A DNA stretch of 44,945 nucleotides, taken from NCBI GenBank assembly GCA_946222625.1, contig CAMILJ010000001.1, forward strand, positions 1 to 44,945, in the 5' to 3' direction. Below are positions 37,305-44,945 of the stretch, in pieces. A program made the position numbers and the translations under genes. The notes below the pieces were generated by a model, which saw only the letters and a program-made list of their open reading frames with translations, was not told the origin of the DNA and did not search any database. This DNA comes from an uncultured Corynebacterium sp. GTDB lineage: Bacteria > Actinomycetota > Actinomycetes > Mycobacteriales > Mycobacteriaceae. Position 1 is the first letter of the stretch. Each line of letters opens with the position of its first letter.

Positions 37305-37671
37305 CCTGGTCTCCTAGGATTTGGTCGATGTGGTCTACTACCGCCGCTGCGAGCTGCTGCTCTACTGGGGTGCGCTCTGGGTCGATGCTTACGGCCTCCC
37401 AGACCTCACTGAGGTCGTGCAGTGCCTCACGCATCCGTAGGTTTTCTTGCGCGAGGTCTGGGGCCAGCGCGGCGAGCGGTAGATTCCCGGGGTGCTCGTC
37501 GGTCACGGGGTCGCCCCAGACGCTAAACAGGTACTTTTCGTCGGCGTAAACCTCGTGTCCATATTCCTGCGTTCCCGATGGGGTGTCGGCGGTGTCCTCA
37601 CTAAACCGCCACGGGCCGGGCGCGGCCTCATTCAGTAAGCGTTTCAGATTAGCGGTGCTCAAGTCAGTCAT
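37297..37671 (-). CDS. Hypothetical protein (A-x-PGPW motif)
   Basis: LKRLLNEAAPGPW...LAALAPDL pattern common in phage early proteins. Confidence 0.7.
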   Translation of the reverse strand: MTDLSTANLKRLLNEAAPGPWRFSEDTADTPSGTQEYGHEVYADEKYLFSVWGDPVTDEHPGNLPLAALAPDLAQENLRMREALHDLSEVWEAVSIDPERTPVEQQLAAAVVDHIDQILGDQDD

Positions 37672-37855
37672 CGGTGGTTTCCGTTTCGTGTCGGTTGTCA
37701 GGCGTTGGTCGGTACACCCAGAATGGGTCGGGTGCGCACGGTATGTCTGGTGGGTAGTGCAGTGCGCGTTCTACGGTGCGTAGCCAGCGCCACCCGTGCT
37801 GCCGCGTGCGGACGGGTCGCCAGGCGAACCACCTCTGCCAAGGGCCGTACGTCAT
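37664..37855 (-). CDS. Hypothetical protein
   Basis: W.RWFAWRPV...W.WLR.VER motif; coupled ORF. Confidence 0.65.
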   Translation of the reverse strand: MTYGPWQRWFAWRPVRTRQHGWRWLRTVERALHYPPDIPCAPDPFWVYRPTPDNRHETETTDD

Positions 37856-37861
37856 CGTTTA

Positions 37862-38053
37862 TCACCATTCGTATCCGAGTAGTGCCGCAGCTCCCGTAAA
37901 AGCGAGTGCAGCCGCGATTGTGATAATGATTAGCAATATAAACATTCCCTCAACAAAATCGTGCTTATTTACTAGCCCGTATATCAGGGTCGCAAAAGTG
38001 GCTAGCCACGCCAGGGTGGCTACAGCTGCAAGAATGATCGCTAGAATGCTCAT
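37862..38053 (-). CDS. Small two-TM membrane protein
   Basis: MSILAII start overlaps the upstream stop; lower GC. Confidence 0.6.
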   Translation of the reverse strand: MSILAIILAAVATLAWLATFATLIYGLVNKHDFVEGMFILLIIITIAAALAFTGAAALLGYEW

Positions 38054-38397
38054 TCCTGTACCTCTGTGAGGGTGTAGCGGCGACCAGTCGGGGTGAGGTC
38101 TTCGGCTCTTACATCCCTCACAAGCCCGTCTCCGATGACGGAGATATTCCCTATTGTGGACCCCCAAAGCATGGTTACCTTGCCCCAGCCCGCACGCTCT
38201 GCTTCTGCGAGGTAGTGCACATCGTTGTTCCATTCGACCTCTGCCATGGTGGGTTGTGGCTTGGGTGGGAGGGCTTTGAGGATCATTTCCCGATAGTCCT
38301 TCACGTCGTGCCTTTCCGTGATGGAGGTTGCCAGGAGTGCAAGCTGCTCTGTGGCGTAGTGCGCTGCTTGGATTTGCTCACGCGTTGGTTTAGTCAT
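38050..38397 (-). CDS. Hypothetical protein
   Basis: GAAAGGA RBS; PTMAEVEW and LTPTGRRYTLTE motifs. Confidence 0.7.
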   Translation of the reverse strand: MTKPTREQIQAAHYATEQLALLATSITERHDVKDYREMILKALPPKPQPTMAEVEWNNDVHYLAEAERAGWGKVTMLWGSTIGNISVIGDGLVRDVRAEDLTPTGRRYTLTEVQE

Positions 38398-38747
38398 TTC
38401 TGGTTCCTTTCGATGTGGTCGAGGTAGGCCTCCCATTCGGGTGCGGTGTTTCGGTAGTGAGCGGCCTGGTCAGGGGTTTCATCCCGGCGTAGTTCGAGGT
38501 CAAGGCCAGCGTCCCGGGTGAGGATGTAGCGGGTGTTCTCGCTTAGGTCTTCCCAGTGGTCGATGACGAAACGCGTCGTGCGGCGAACGACGTAGTTGTT
38601 GCGGCCTTGCGCGTAGCGCATAGCGCTGACAATCATGTGGTGCTCATCAGGGCTGAGGGTGATGGGTTTTCCGGGTTGTGGGGCATGAATGATTGCGTCG
38701 TCTTTACGCATGTCACGCCGTAATTCCCAGTAGTCGTCTTCGGTCAT
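38394..38747 (-). CDS. Hypothetical protein
   Basis: SAMRYAQGRNNYVV motif; ATGA coupling. Confidence 0.7.
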   Translation of the reverse strand: MTEDDYWELRRDMRKDDAIIHAPQPGKPITLSPDEHHMIVSAMRYAQGRNNYVVRRTTRFVIDHWEDLSENTRYILTRDAGLDLELRRDETPDQAAHYRNTAPEWEAYLDHIERNQK

Positions 38748-38935
38748 TGCTGTCCTTCGAGGATTGTGGTGATTGTTGTGTCCACGGCTTTGAAGACCTG
38801 CGGGACGGTTAGCTGGTCTGCGTGGAATTGGGCTGCGTAGCGGGCGTCCCGTTGCAGTCTCGCTAGCTCTGTGCGGAGGCGTTTGTTTTCCTGCTGGAGC
38901 GCTGTGATGTACTGCTCCTCTGGCGTACGGCTCAT
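38744..38935 (-). CDS. Hypothetical coiled-coil protein
   Basis: ATGA overlaps at both ends. Confidence 0.65.
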   Translation of the reverse strand: MSRTPEEQYITALQQENKRLRTELARLQRDARYAAQFHADQLTVPQVFKAVDTTITTILEGQQ

Positions 38936-39282
38936 GCTTCCTCCCCTTCTTCTATGGTCTCCCAGCTGCCTATCCAGCGGCGGTGTGTGGGGGTCTTTTT
39001 TGTGGTCAGGTCCCAGATGCTGCCGGGTGTGACCTGCTCAGACTGTGAGGCGTGCTGCCATTCCCCTGCTGGTGGCTGTCCGTCTGGTGTCCAGGCGCGA
39101 GGCTTGTTGTACAACGGAGTAATAGTGTGTAAAGGGGCAGTGAACGGCCCGCACCCCGGCTCGTACAAGATATTTTCTCCCTCGTACACGGCGAGGTGGT
39201 CTCCCAAAGGGGTTTGGTATCGCACCCACATCCCTACGCACTCGACGCACTCTTCTCTGGTCATGTCTGCGAGGGTGTTCAT
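38932..39282 (-). CDS. Hypothetical protein
   Basis: TLADMT.EE..ECVGMW and PRAWTPDGQPP motifs; coupled. Confidence 0.7.
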   Translation of the reverse strand: MNTLADMTREECVECVGMWVRYQTPLGDHLAVYEGENILYEPGCGPFTAPLHTITPLYNKPRAWTPDGQPPAGEWQHASQSEQVTPGSIWDLTTKKTPTHRRWIGSWETIEEGEEA

Positions 39283-39527
39283 GCTTCCTCCCAGGGGCCG
39301 ACTAGTCGCTTGGCGCGGAGTGGGAAGTCTCCCAAATCTCCGCCCTTCTCTGTGGTTTCGTCCACGGTGTAGTAGCGCGGCGGGCGATAGTCCGCCTCTT
39401 GGTAGTCCATGCGGGCAAGCACGTGGAGAGCTTCAATCCCCGCGTAGTGCAGCGCCATGTCTACCTTCGCGTACTGAGGCCTCAGCTCGCGCAGTAGTTC
39501 CTTGTTGGCTTCTTCCGGTGTCATCAC
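39279..39527 (-). CDS. Hypothetical protein
   Basis: Overlapping start/stop coupling. Confidence 0.65.
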   Translation of the reverse strand: MMTPEEANKELLRELRPQYAKVDMALHYAGIEALHVLARMDYQEADYRPPRYYTVDETTEKGGDLGDFPLRAKRLVGPWEEA

Positions 39528-40339
39528 TTCTGCTCCAGTTCGCCGGCGCGCTCAGCAATCTTGGCCTGTAGATACGTTGCGGAAGGAAGGGCCGCGACTT
39601 GCTTGTAGGCCTCGCGTAGTTCTTCCACACTGGTCTCTTCCATGAGTTCCGCGAGGAGTTGCTTCTCTTCCTCAGTCATGTCCGGCTCGGCAGGTGCCTG
39701 CGGGATCTCTGCCTTCGCTGCTGCAATGGCGTTGCTCTTACGCTCGGGCTGCTGGTCAACACGGGTCGCGGTCACCTCAGTCATGCCCTTCACCTCGGAC
39801 TCCTCATAGGTGTCGCCCATCTCCTCCGGGAAGGCCTGACGCCACGCCAATGATTCAGCGGTCTTGCCCAGCATGTAGGACGGCTTCGACGCCCACAGCG
39901 CCATTGGCTTACCGTCGGGGAAGGCCTGCACAAACTCATCCCACATGGCGGTCTGGGTAAACGGTTGTCCGTCGCGCACGACAGTCACACGCGCAGCTAC
40001 TGGGTAGCCCTCTTTCTTGAAAGACCAGGTGTCCTTCCACTCCCCATCTTCGGACTTGTACAGCCACTCGGAGACACTGATGGTCTCGCCCTCAGCCTTG
40101 GCGATCTTGCGCGCGGCCTTTCGGTAGCCAGCGATACCAACCTGAATGGTGTAGGTCTTCCCGCCGTTTTTGGTCTTGCGCTCAATGAGCACAATGTCTT
40201 TCTTCAAGCGCGGGTCCAGGTGCATTGCCTCAGCCGTGATGAAGAATGCCTCCAGGTGGTTTGCCGGGACGTGGCCGAGGCCCATTTGCTCGATGAAGGC
40301 GCGTTGGGTGTCGTTGAATTGCTCAAGCGTCTTGGTCAT
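39524..40339 (-). CDS. RecT/Bet-like single-strand annealing recombinase
   Basis: LDP, TIQVGIAGYRKAA and W...P..ML.KTAESLAWRQAFP motifs. Confidence 0.92.
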   Translation of the reverse strand: MTKTLEQFNDTQRAFIEQMGLGHVPANHLEAFFITAEAMHLDPRLKKDIVLIERKTKNGGKTYTIQVGIAGYRKAARKIAKAEGETISVSEWLYKSEDGEWKDTWSFKKEGYPVAARVTVVRDGQPFTQTAMWDEFVQAFPDGKPMALWASKPSYMLGKTAESLAWRQAFPEEMGDTYEESEVKGMTEVTATRVDQQPERKSNAIAAAKAEIPQAPAEPDMTEEEKQLLAELMEETSVEELREAYKQVAALPSATYLQAKIAERAGELEQK

Positions 40340-40721
40340 TGTTCTGTTCCTTCTCCTCGTTGAGTCGGTGGTATTGGTGGCGGATTGATTTGGTTGTGCG
40401 GCCCATGCGTTCTGCTGCTGCTTCGACGGTTAGCCCGGTCTGCCAGTAGCGGTACACTTCCATAAGTTCCTCGGTTGTCCAGCGTTTACGTGCACGTGCG
40501 GGGGCGCGCTTGTATTCTTCGACCAAGCCGAGGAGGTCTTGCTCAAGCCCTTCGTCTTCGCTGACTTCCTCCACACTGGCTGGCACAGTGTCCTTATTTA
40601 GGGATTCTTCGCCACGTTCGATGATGCGGAGTTCGTAGCCGAAGATCTCGCAGACGTCGATGAGTTCCGACAGTGGCCAGCCTTCCTCCAGGGCTTTATC
40701 CACAATGGGGTGCGGGGACAT
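40323..40721 (-). CDS. Putative DNA-binding protein (C-terminal HTH)
   Basis: RWTTEE...GLTVEAAAERMGRTTKSIR. Confidence 0.65.
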   Translation of the reverse strand: MSPHPIVDKALEEGWPLSELIDVCEIFGYELRIIERGEESLNKDTVPASVEEVSEDEGLEQDLLGLVEEYKRAPARARKRWTTEELMEVYRYWQTGLTVEAAAERMGRTTKSIRHQYHRLNEEKEQNNDQDA

Positions 40722-41725
40722 TAGCCTTCCTTCCATTCATCACGGGCAAATCTGTAGGTGTCGGCACCCAAGGCTTCCTCATACACGTCTGGGTGCGCTT
40801 CCTTGAGCTTCTTCGCGTCGAAACGTAGGGACATGAGCGCTTCGTCTTTGAGTAGTTCCTTGTGCTCTGCGGGCACACGCGCTTGAGAGAAGCGTCCTTT
40901 GACGCGGCGCGCTACTGGCCGGTCGTCACATACAGCCTGTGGGGCTTTGCCCATATTGTCGGCCACGACGCTTTCCAGGTAGTTGACGCGTTTCTGCGCG
41001 GCGTCCAACTTGTTCCATGCGGCCTTGAGGTTGAGCATTAGCGACTCGTCGATACGGTGCGGCGGCAGCTCGTTGTCTACAGGGTTGAGCGCGGACAGGA
41101 TTTGGCGCTCATGCTCACTGCCTTCCATCTCCGGCGGGATACCCAGCTGGAGGCGCTGATGGAAACGCAGGGCGTCAGACACAATGACGTCAAACAGTGT
41201 TTGGTCAAACGGCACGCGGTGGATTTCTGGTTTGCCATACACGGGCACTTCCACGAGGTCTGCGCTGTAAATCTTGGATACACCCATCTGGAATGTGACC
41301 TGCACTAGCCAACCGTCCGTCACGCCGCGCGGAACGCGGGGGCGCTTAACCTCGATGATGCGACGGGCACGACCACGCGAGGCACGGCGGTCCAGGGTCA
41401 CCAGGTTCGGGAATGGCAGTGTTGGATCTGAGAAAGCAACCTCACCCTTGCCGGTTCGCCAGCCGGGGTTCGCCCGCTTCCACACGTTCACGGCGTAGTC
41501 TTCCGCGTCGTGTGCGTCGTCAAACATGGCCTGCTTGTCTGGCGTGAGGTCTTCCTCCCATTCCCCTTTCATCTGTGCGTACATTTCGTACGCGGAGTAG
41601 TAGCCAAGGCCGAGGTACAGGCCGGTGGTCTTGTCGGTAATCATGGCCGGGACTTTCGACGCGGTGATCATTTCCCGCCATTCCTTTGAGCCAGGTGCCG
41701 GCGGGAGCTTGATTACGTTGCTCAT
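40721..41725 (-). CDS. YqaJ/lambda-exonuclease-like nuclease
   Basis: PGSKEW...ITASKV, TLDR, IIEVK and QVTFQM motifs; near RecT. Confidence 0.88.
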   Translation of the reverse strand: MSNVIKLPPAPGSKEWREMITASKVPAMITDKTTGLYLGLGYYSAYEMYAQMKGEWEEDLTPDKQAMFDDAHDAEDYAVNVWKRANPGWRTGKGEVAFSDPTLPFPNLVTLDRRASRGRARRIIEVKRPRVPRGVTDGWLVQVTFQMGVSKIYSADLVEVPVYGKPEIHRVPFDQTLFDVIVSDALRFHQRLQLGIPPEMEGSEHERQILSALNPVDNELPPHRIDESLMLNLKAAWNKLDAAQKRVNYLESVVADNMGKAPQAVCDDRPVARRVKGRFSQARVPAEHKELLKDEALMSLRFDAKKLKEAHPDVYEEALGADTYRFARDEWKEG

Positions 41726-41904
41726 ACATCTTCCTTGCTGACTGGTTCGATTTGATGCTCCAGGTCTTCGGCCCGGATCTTGTACTGTCCACTGTTTGCT
41801 AAGCGGTAGGCGGCTAGTGTTCCGTCGCTGATACGGCGGTACACAGTCTTTGGGGAGACGCCTAAGCGCTCTGCCGCTTCCGTTGTTGTTAGCCATGTCG
41901 TCAT
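41722..41904 (-). CDS. Excisionase-like HTH DNA-binding protein
   Basis: LTTTEAAERLGVSPKTVYRRISDGTLAAYR. Confidence 0.85.
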   Translation of the reverse strand: MTTWLTTTEAAERLGVSPKTVYRRISDGTLAAYRLANSGQYKIRAEDLEHQIEPVSKEDV

Positions 41905-42083
41905 GGTGCTACCTCCACAAACCGGCGGTAAGTGCCTTTGTCCTTGAAGGTGACGAACACTGCAAGGTCTGGCTCCGCGTCTTTAGCTTTGCGTCCTAGC
42001 CGTGTTGCCTTCTTGATTGTTAATCCGGTGACGAGTTCAACTAGCTCCCCGTCTCCTCTGTCTACGTGCACTCCGAAACTCAT
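41901..42083 (-). CDS. Hypothetical protein
   Basis: ATGA coupling at both ends when started at MSFGV. Confidence 0.55.
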   Translation of the reverse strand: MSFGVHVDRGDGELVELVTGLTIKKATRLGRKAKDAEPDLAVFVTFKDKGTYRRFVEVAP

Positions 42084-42268
42084 GCGCAGCCCCATGGCAT
42101 GTAAGCCAAAGCGATTCCGCCGACGATACAAACGATCGCCATGAAGGTATACCCGCTGACTTTGAAGTAGGTTTCTTGTTCGGCAGCGATGATGAAGATT
42201 TGGATACCTGCCAGCACCATCGCTAGCCCGAGGGCGAACATGAAGATTACGGCAGCAATGCTTGTCAT
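42080..42268 (-). CDS. Small membrane protein
   Basis: Two hydrophobic segments; GGGAG RBS. Confidence 0.6.
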   Translation of the reverse strand: MTSIAAVIFMFALGLAMVLAGIQIFIIAAEQETYFKVSGYTFMAIVCIVGGIALAYMPWGCA

Positions 42269-42272
42269 TGTT

Positions 42273-42686
42273 CTACTCCCCGGTCGATCCGAAGCCGCCG
42301 GTACCGCGCTCAGTGTCGTCGAGTTCGTCTACTTCCACGACGCCTACCTCTATGTGTGGCTGCACAATGAGTTGGGCGATTCGGTCACCGCGCTGAATGA
42401 CCTTGCGCTCACGCCCAAGGTTGGTGAGCACTACCCCGATGGGGCCACGGTAGGTTTCGTCAACGACTCCACCAAGCGGGGTGATACCTTGCTTGGCGAG
42501 GCTGGAGCGGCCTTCAATCTTGCCGTAGGTTCCTGCTGGCAGTTGCACGCCAACGGCGGTATCTACGGTGACTCGCTCACCGGAGGCGATGGAGAAAGTG
42601 TAGGGGGCGTACAGGTCCAGGCCGGCGTCACCTTCATGGGCGCGGGTGGGCAGGATTGCCATGTTGTTGAAGCGCTTAGCCTTCAT
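42273..42686 (-). CDS. dut: dUTPase (trimeric)
   Basis: All five motifs: AGLDL, GRSSL, GVVDETYRG, GDRIAQL, RGTGGFGSTG. Confidence 0.97.
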   Translation of the reverse strand: MKAKRFNNMAILPTRAHEGDAGLDLYAPYTFSIASGERVTVDTAVGVQLPAGTYGKIEGRSSLAKQGITPLGGVVDETYRGPIGVVLTNLGRERKVIQRGDRIAQLIVQPHIEVGVVEVDELDDTERGTGGFGSTGE

Positions 42687-43017
42687 TGGTTTCCTCCTCA
42701 GTGGAATGCTCTGTGTCATCGGTTCCTTCCTCAATGCCTTCGCCGCTGTACAGGGTGCGGGCCTTAGCGATCTGCGTTGAGATCTCCATAGCTGTCTTCA
42801 TCCGGTCGAACACGACGTTGAGAATGGGGGCTACGTGCTCAATGTTGGCGTTTGCTGAGACGACAATGAGGTGGTCGCGCAGGGATTCACCTAGGGCGAA
42901 GAGTTCTTCAACGGTGGCTTCCGGGGTTTGGGGCTTGCTCACTGGCCGTTTCGACGCGGCTTCAAGGGCGTCGTGGATTTGTTGGGGCCTGAGTTCTTCC
43001 CACGGTTGTTCATTCAT
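42676..43017 (-). CDS. Hypothetical protein
   Basis: 113 aa ORF in the early operon. Confidence 0.65.
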   Translation of the reverse strand: MNEQPWEELRPQQIHDALEAASKRPVSKPQTPEATVEELFALGESLRDHLIVVSANANIEHVAPILNVVFDRMKTAMEISTQIAKARTLYSGEGIEEGTDDTEHSTEEETNEG

Positions 43018-43047
43018 TTTTGGCTCATTCTCTCTATATAGGGACGT

Positions 43048-43251
43048 TTAGGCTCGCTCAAGGGTTCTCCGGCTTGGCGGGAGTCCTTCTTCTGCGAGGC
43101 GCTTAACTTCTGATTTGGGGATTCGCCACGGTTGCCCAGGGCTAGTGCGCGGCATAGCTTTCAGGTGGCCAGCACGGCACCAGTAGGCAACGTCGGATAC
43201 TTGAATCCCGAAGATTTCAGCGACGTCTTTGGTCATGTAGTAGGTAGTCAT
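43048..43251 (-). CDS. HTH DNA-binding protein (Cro position, excisionase/MerR-like fold)
   Basis: MTKDVAEIFGI....VAYWCRAGHLKA...WRIPKSEV; AAGGAG RBS; divergent from the repressor. Confidence 0.8.
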   Translation of the reverse strand: MTTYYMTKDVAEIFGIQVSDVAYWCRAGHLKAMPRTSPGQPWRIPKSEVKRLAEEGLPPSRRTLERA

Positions 43252-43289
43252 TCGTGTCTCCTTGTGTCCCTGTTTGGGGCACGACATTC

Positions 43290-43318
43290 AACTTAGCACC
43301 ACTGTCCACGTTTGTCCA
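43290..43318 (-). promoter_or_regulatory. Putative early lytic promoter
   Basis: Minus strand TGGACA-N17-TAAGTT with TG extension; operator-like motif just downstream at 43268-43279. Confidence 0.55.
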
Positions 43319-43350
43319 TGTTTGTCCACAATTGTCCACATTTGTCCACG
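43301..43350 (+). repeat. Five phased 10-bp repeats (wtTGTCCACr), DnaA-box-like
   Basis: ACTGTCCACG TTTGTCCATG TTTGTCCACA ATTGTCCACA TTTGTCCACG. Confidence 0.9.
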
Positions 43351-43355
43351 TAAAA

Positions 43356-43364
43356 TGCTACTAT
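43356..43364 (+). promoter_or_regulatory. Extended -10 promoter for a leaderless repressor mRNA
   Basis: TGCTACTAT ends 6 nt before ATG 43371; no SD sequence. Confidence 0.6.
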
Positions 43365-43370
43365 CTCAGT

Positions 43371-43727
43371 ATGAGCACAGGACCCCGAAAAGCACCCGAC
43401 AAAGTAACAATCGAGATCGCCTCCCTCCTCAGGGAACACGCCGCCCGAAGGCAGATGACCCAACGGCACATCGCCGCATTCACAGACCTATCCACAAGCC
43501 AAACCAGCCGGTATCTACGCGGCGAATCCAGCCCCAACATTCACGAGTACGTAACACTCTGCGAAGCCGTAGGCGCACACCCCGACACCCTGCTAGCGCA
43601 AGCACTCCACAACATCCGCTGGCGCGAACAATACGCCCACGATGACGAACACGCCGTACCCGTCGAAGGGCAGATACGCTACAACTTAGACCCCCGAAAC
43701 TTCCCACCAGCTGACCCACGCCAATAA
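43371..43727 (+). CDS. Immunity repressor (XRE HTH)
   Basis: MTQRHIAAFTDLSTSQTSRYLRGESSP HTH; adjacent to the integrase. Confidence 0.85.
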   Translation: MSTGPRKAPDKVTIEIASLLREHAARRQMTQRHIAAFTDLSTSQTSRYLRGESSPNIHEYVTLCEAVGAHPDTLLAQALHNIRWREQYAHDDEHAVPVEGQIRYNLDPRNFPPADPRQ

Positions 43728-43767
43728 AAAAGGGCCACCACTTCGCGCAATGCTATGTGGTGGCCCT
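43726..43767. terminator. Hairpin between repressor and integrase
   Basis: AGGGCCACCAC...GTGGTGGCCCT, preceded by an A-run (U-tail on the minus strand). Confidence 0.6.
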
Positions 43768-43809
43768 CCTACCTACTGGCCAAACAGCTTGGAGACTGAG
43801 AGACCAACT

Positions 43810-44886
43810 ATGAGCATAGCATCTTATGAGCTAAAGAATGGAGCCAAGCGCTACCGCGTTCGCTACACACTGGCAGACGGAACGCGCACAGACAAACGCG
43901 GCTTCACCAGCAAAGCCCAAGCCCGCAAGTGGGAAGCCGAGATCATCAGCGGCACACGCCCCACACCAGGCGGACGCGAACAACCCCTGAACACCTACAA
44001 GGATCTGTACCTCAAGACCCTCAAAGGCAAGTCAGCTAACACCATCGACGTGTTCACCATCGCCCTCAACAAACACGTCCTCCCACGATGGGGGCGCACC
44101 ACACCAAGCAACGTCACAACACAAGCCGTACAGATGTGGATCTCTGAATCGGCCAACTCCAACTCCCAAGCCACCCGCAACCTTGCCGTCCTATCGAGCC
44201 TGCTGCGGCTATCCGGCATGGCCAAGAAAGACCTACCCACCCAAGACATCATCAAGCCCAGCAAAGCCGCCCAGCGCAACGTCTATCTCACCTATCCCCA
44301 GCTCTGCGCCTTCGCCAAGGAAGCCAAGACCTATGAGGGAATCATCCTCACTCTCGGCATGGTTGGCATGAGATGGGGCGAACTCGCCGGCTTGCGCGTG
44401 CGCGACTGGGACAGTGAGCGCCAGGTGCTGCATCTCAGCCAGTCAGCCACCATCGTGCGCGGCAAGCTCGTACTCGGCCCAACCAAAGGCGGCAAACCCA
44501 GGACAGTCATAGTCCCCCAGAAGGTTGCGCCCTTCATCGACCAAGCCACGCGCGGACGTGGGAAAGACACACCTATCTGGCCGCGCAGCAACGGAGGCTA
44601 CATGCTACGGCCAAAGGGAAGCTCATGGTTCGACGGGGCACTTACACGCGTGCGCGCCAAAGACGAAACCTTCCCACTGCTACGCCTGCATGACTTGAGG
44701 CATACAGCGGCGTCACTCATGGTTCAGTCCGGCGCTCACGTTAAACTGATTCAGCACCAACTCGGGCACGCGTCCGCAGCCATGACGCTAGACACGTATG
44801 CGGATTTGTACCCGGAGGATTTGAGCGGCCTGAGGGTCGCAATGAACCGCTCGTTTGGTGGGCAGGATGTGGGCACGGAAAGCTAA
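43810..44886 (+). CDS. int: Tyrosine integrase
   Basis: N-terminal arm-binding KRGF motif, GMRWGE, HDLRH, LGH and catalytic Y (TLDTY). Confidence 0.97.
   Translation: MSIASYELKNGAKRYRVRYTLADGTRTDKRGFTSKAQARKWEAEIISGTRPTPGGREQPLNTYKDLYLKTLKGKSANTIDVFTIALNKHVLPRWGRTTPSNVTTQAVQMWISESANSNSQATRNLAVLSSLLRLSGMAKKDLPTQDIIKPSKAAQRNVYLTYPQLCAFAKEAKTYEGIILTLGMVGMRWGELAGLRVRDWDSERQVLHLSQSATIVRGKLVLGPTKGGKPRTVIVPQKVAPFIDQATRGRGKDTPIWPRSNGGYMLRPKGSSWFDGALTRVRAKDETFPLLRLHDLRHTAASLMVQSGAHVKLIQHQLGHASAAMTLDTYADLYPEDLSGLRVAMNRSFGGQDVGTES
44858..44879 (+). promoter_or_regulatory. Putative integrase arm-type sites overlapping the int 3' end
   Basis: GTGGGCAGGAT GTGGGCACGGA, with the same 11-bp spacing as 128-149. 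Confidence 0.6.
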
Positions 44887-44920
44887 AAGGCGGAAGAACA
44901 TGCAGGTCAATACATGTCGT

Positions 44921-44945
44921 GGTTCGACTCCCGTCGTCGGCTCCA
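44921..44945 (+). repeat. att core (right junction); tRNA 3' fragment, probably tRNA-Gly
   Basis: GGTTCGACTCCC is a T-arm, followed by GTCGTCGGC-T-CCA (acceptor 3' strand, U discriminator). Gly identity is recalled from actinobacterial tRNA-Gly ends and not verified. Confidence 0.85.

Larger units (their letters stand above)
1..44945. mobile_element. Complete temperate siphovirus prophage (actinobacteriophage)
   Basis: Terminal 17-bp direct repeats. Integrase, repressor, replication, packaging, head, tail and lysis modules are present in phage-like order. Confidence 0.97.

Noticed and set aside
44890..44945. Complete tRNA gene in the window
   Set aside because: Only the T-arm and acceptor 3' strand are present; no D or anticodon arm upstream.

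Overview
The window is a complete ~45 kb temperate siphovirus prophage of a high-GC actinobacterium (Corynebacterium-like host is an inference from gene content). It is bounded by a 17-bp direct repeat matching a tRNA 3' end (probably tRNA-Gly). On the minus strand lie the virion and lysis genes (terminase to tail fibre, 220-25952) and the recombination/replication genes (32425-43251). Repressor and tyrosine integrase are on the plus strand at the right end. The most unusual part is a ~6 kb plus-strand island (26450-32410) between the probable cos site and the HNH gene. It is an array of small unknown ORFs plus a DNA methyltransferase, and six of the ORFs are each preceded by a ~90-nt three-hairpin element. 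The element keeps its base-pairing through compensatory and G-U changes, which points to a conserved structured RNA or gene-cassette motif. Other signals: a 12-bp operator-like motif at 12 mostly intergenic sites, a phased DnaA-box-like array in the immunity switch, a candidate ~120-nt sRNA, a -1 frameshift in the tail chaperone, and a sharp strand-skew inversion at the probable genome end. All calls come from reading the sequence by eye; no searches were run.
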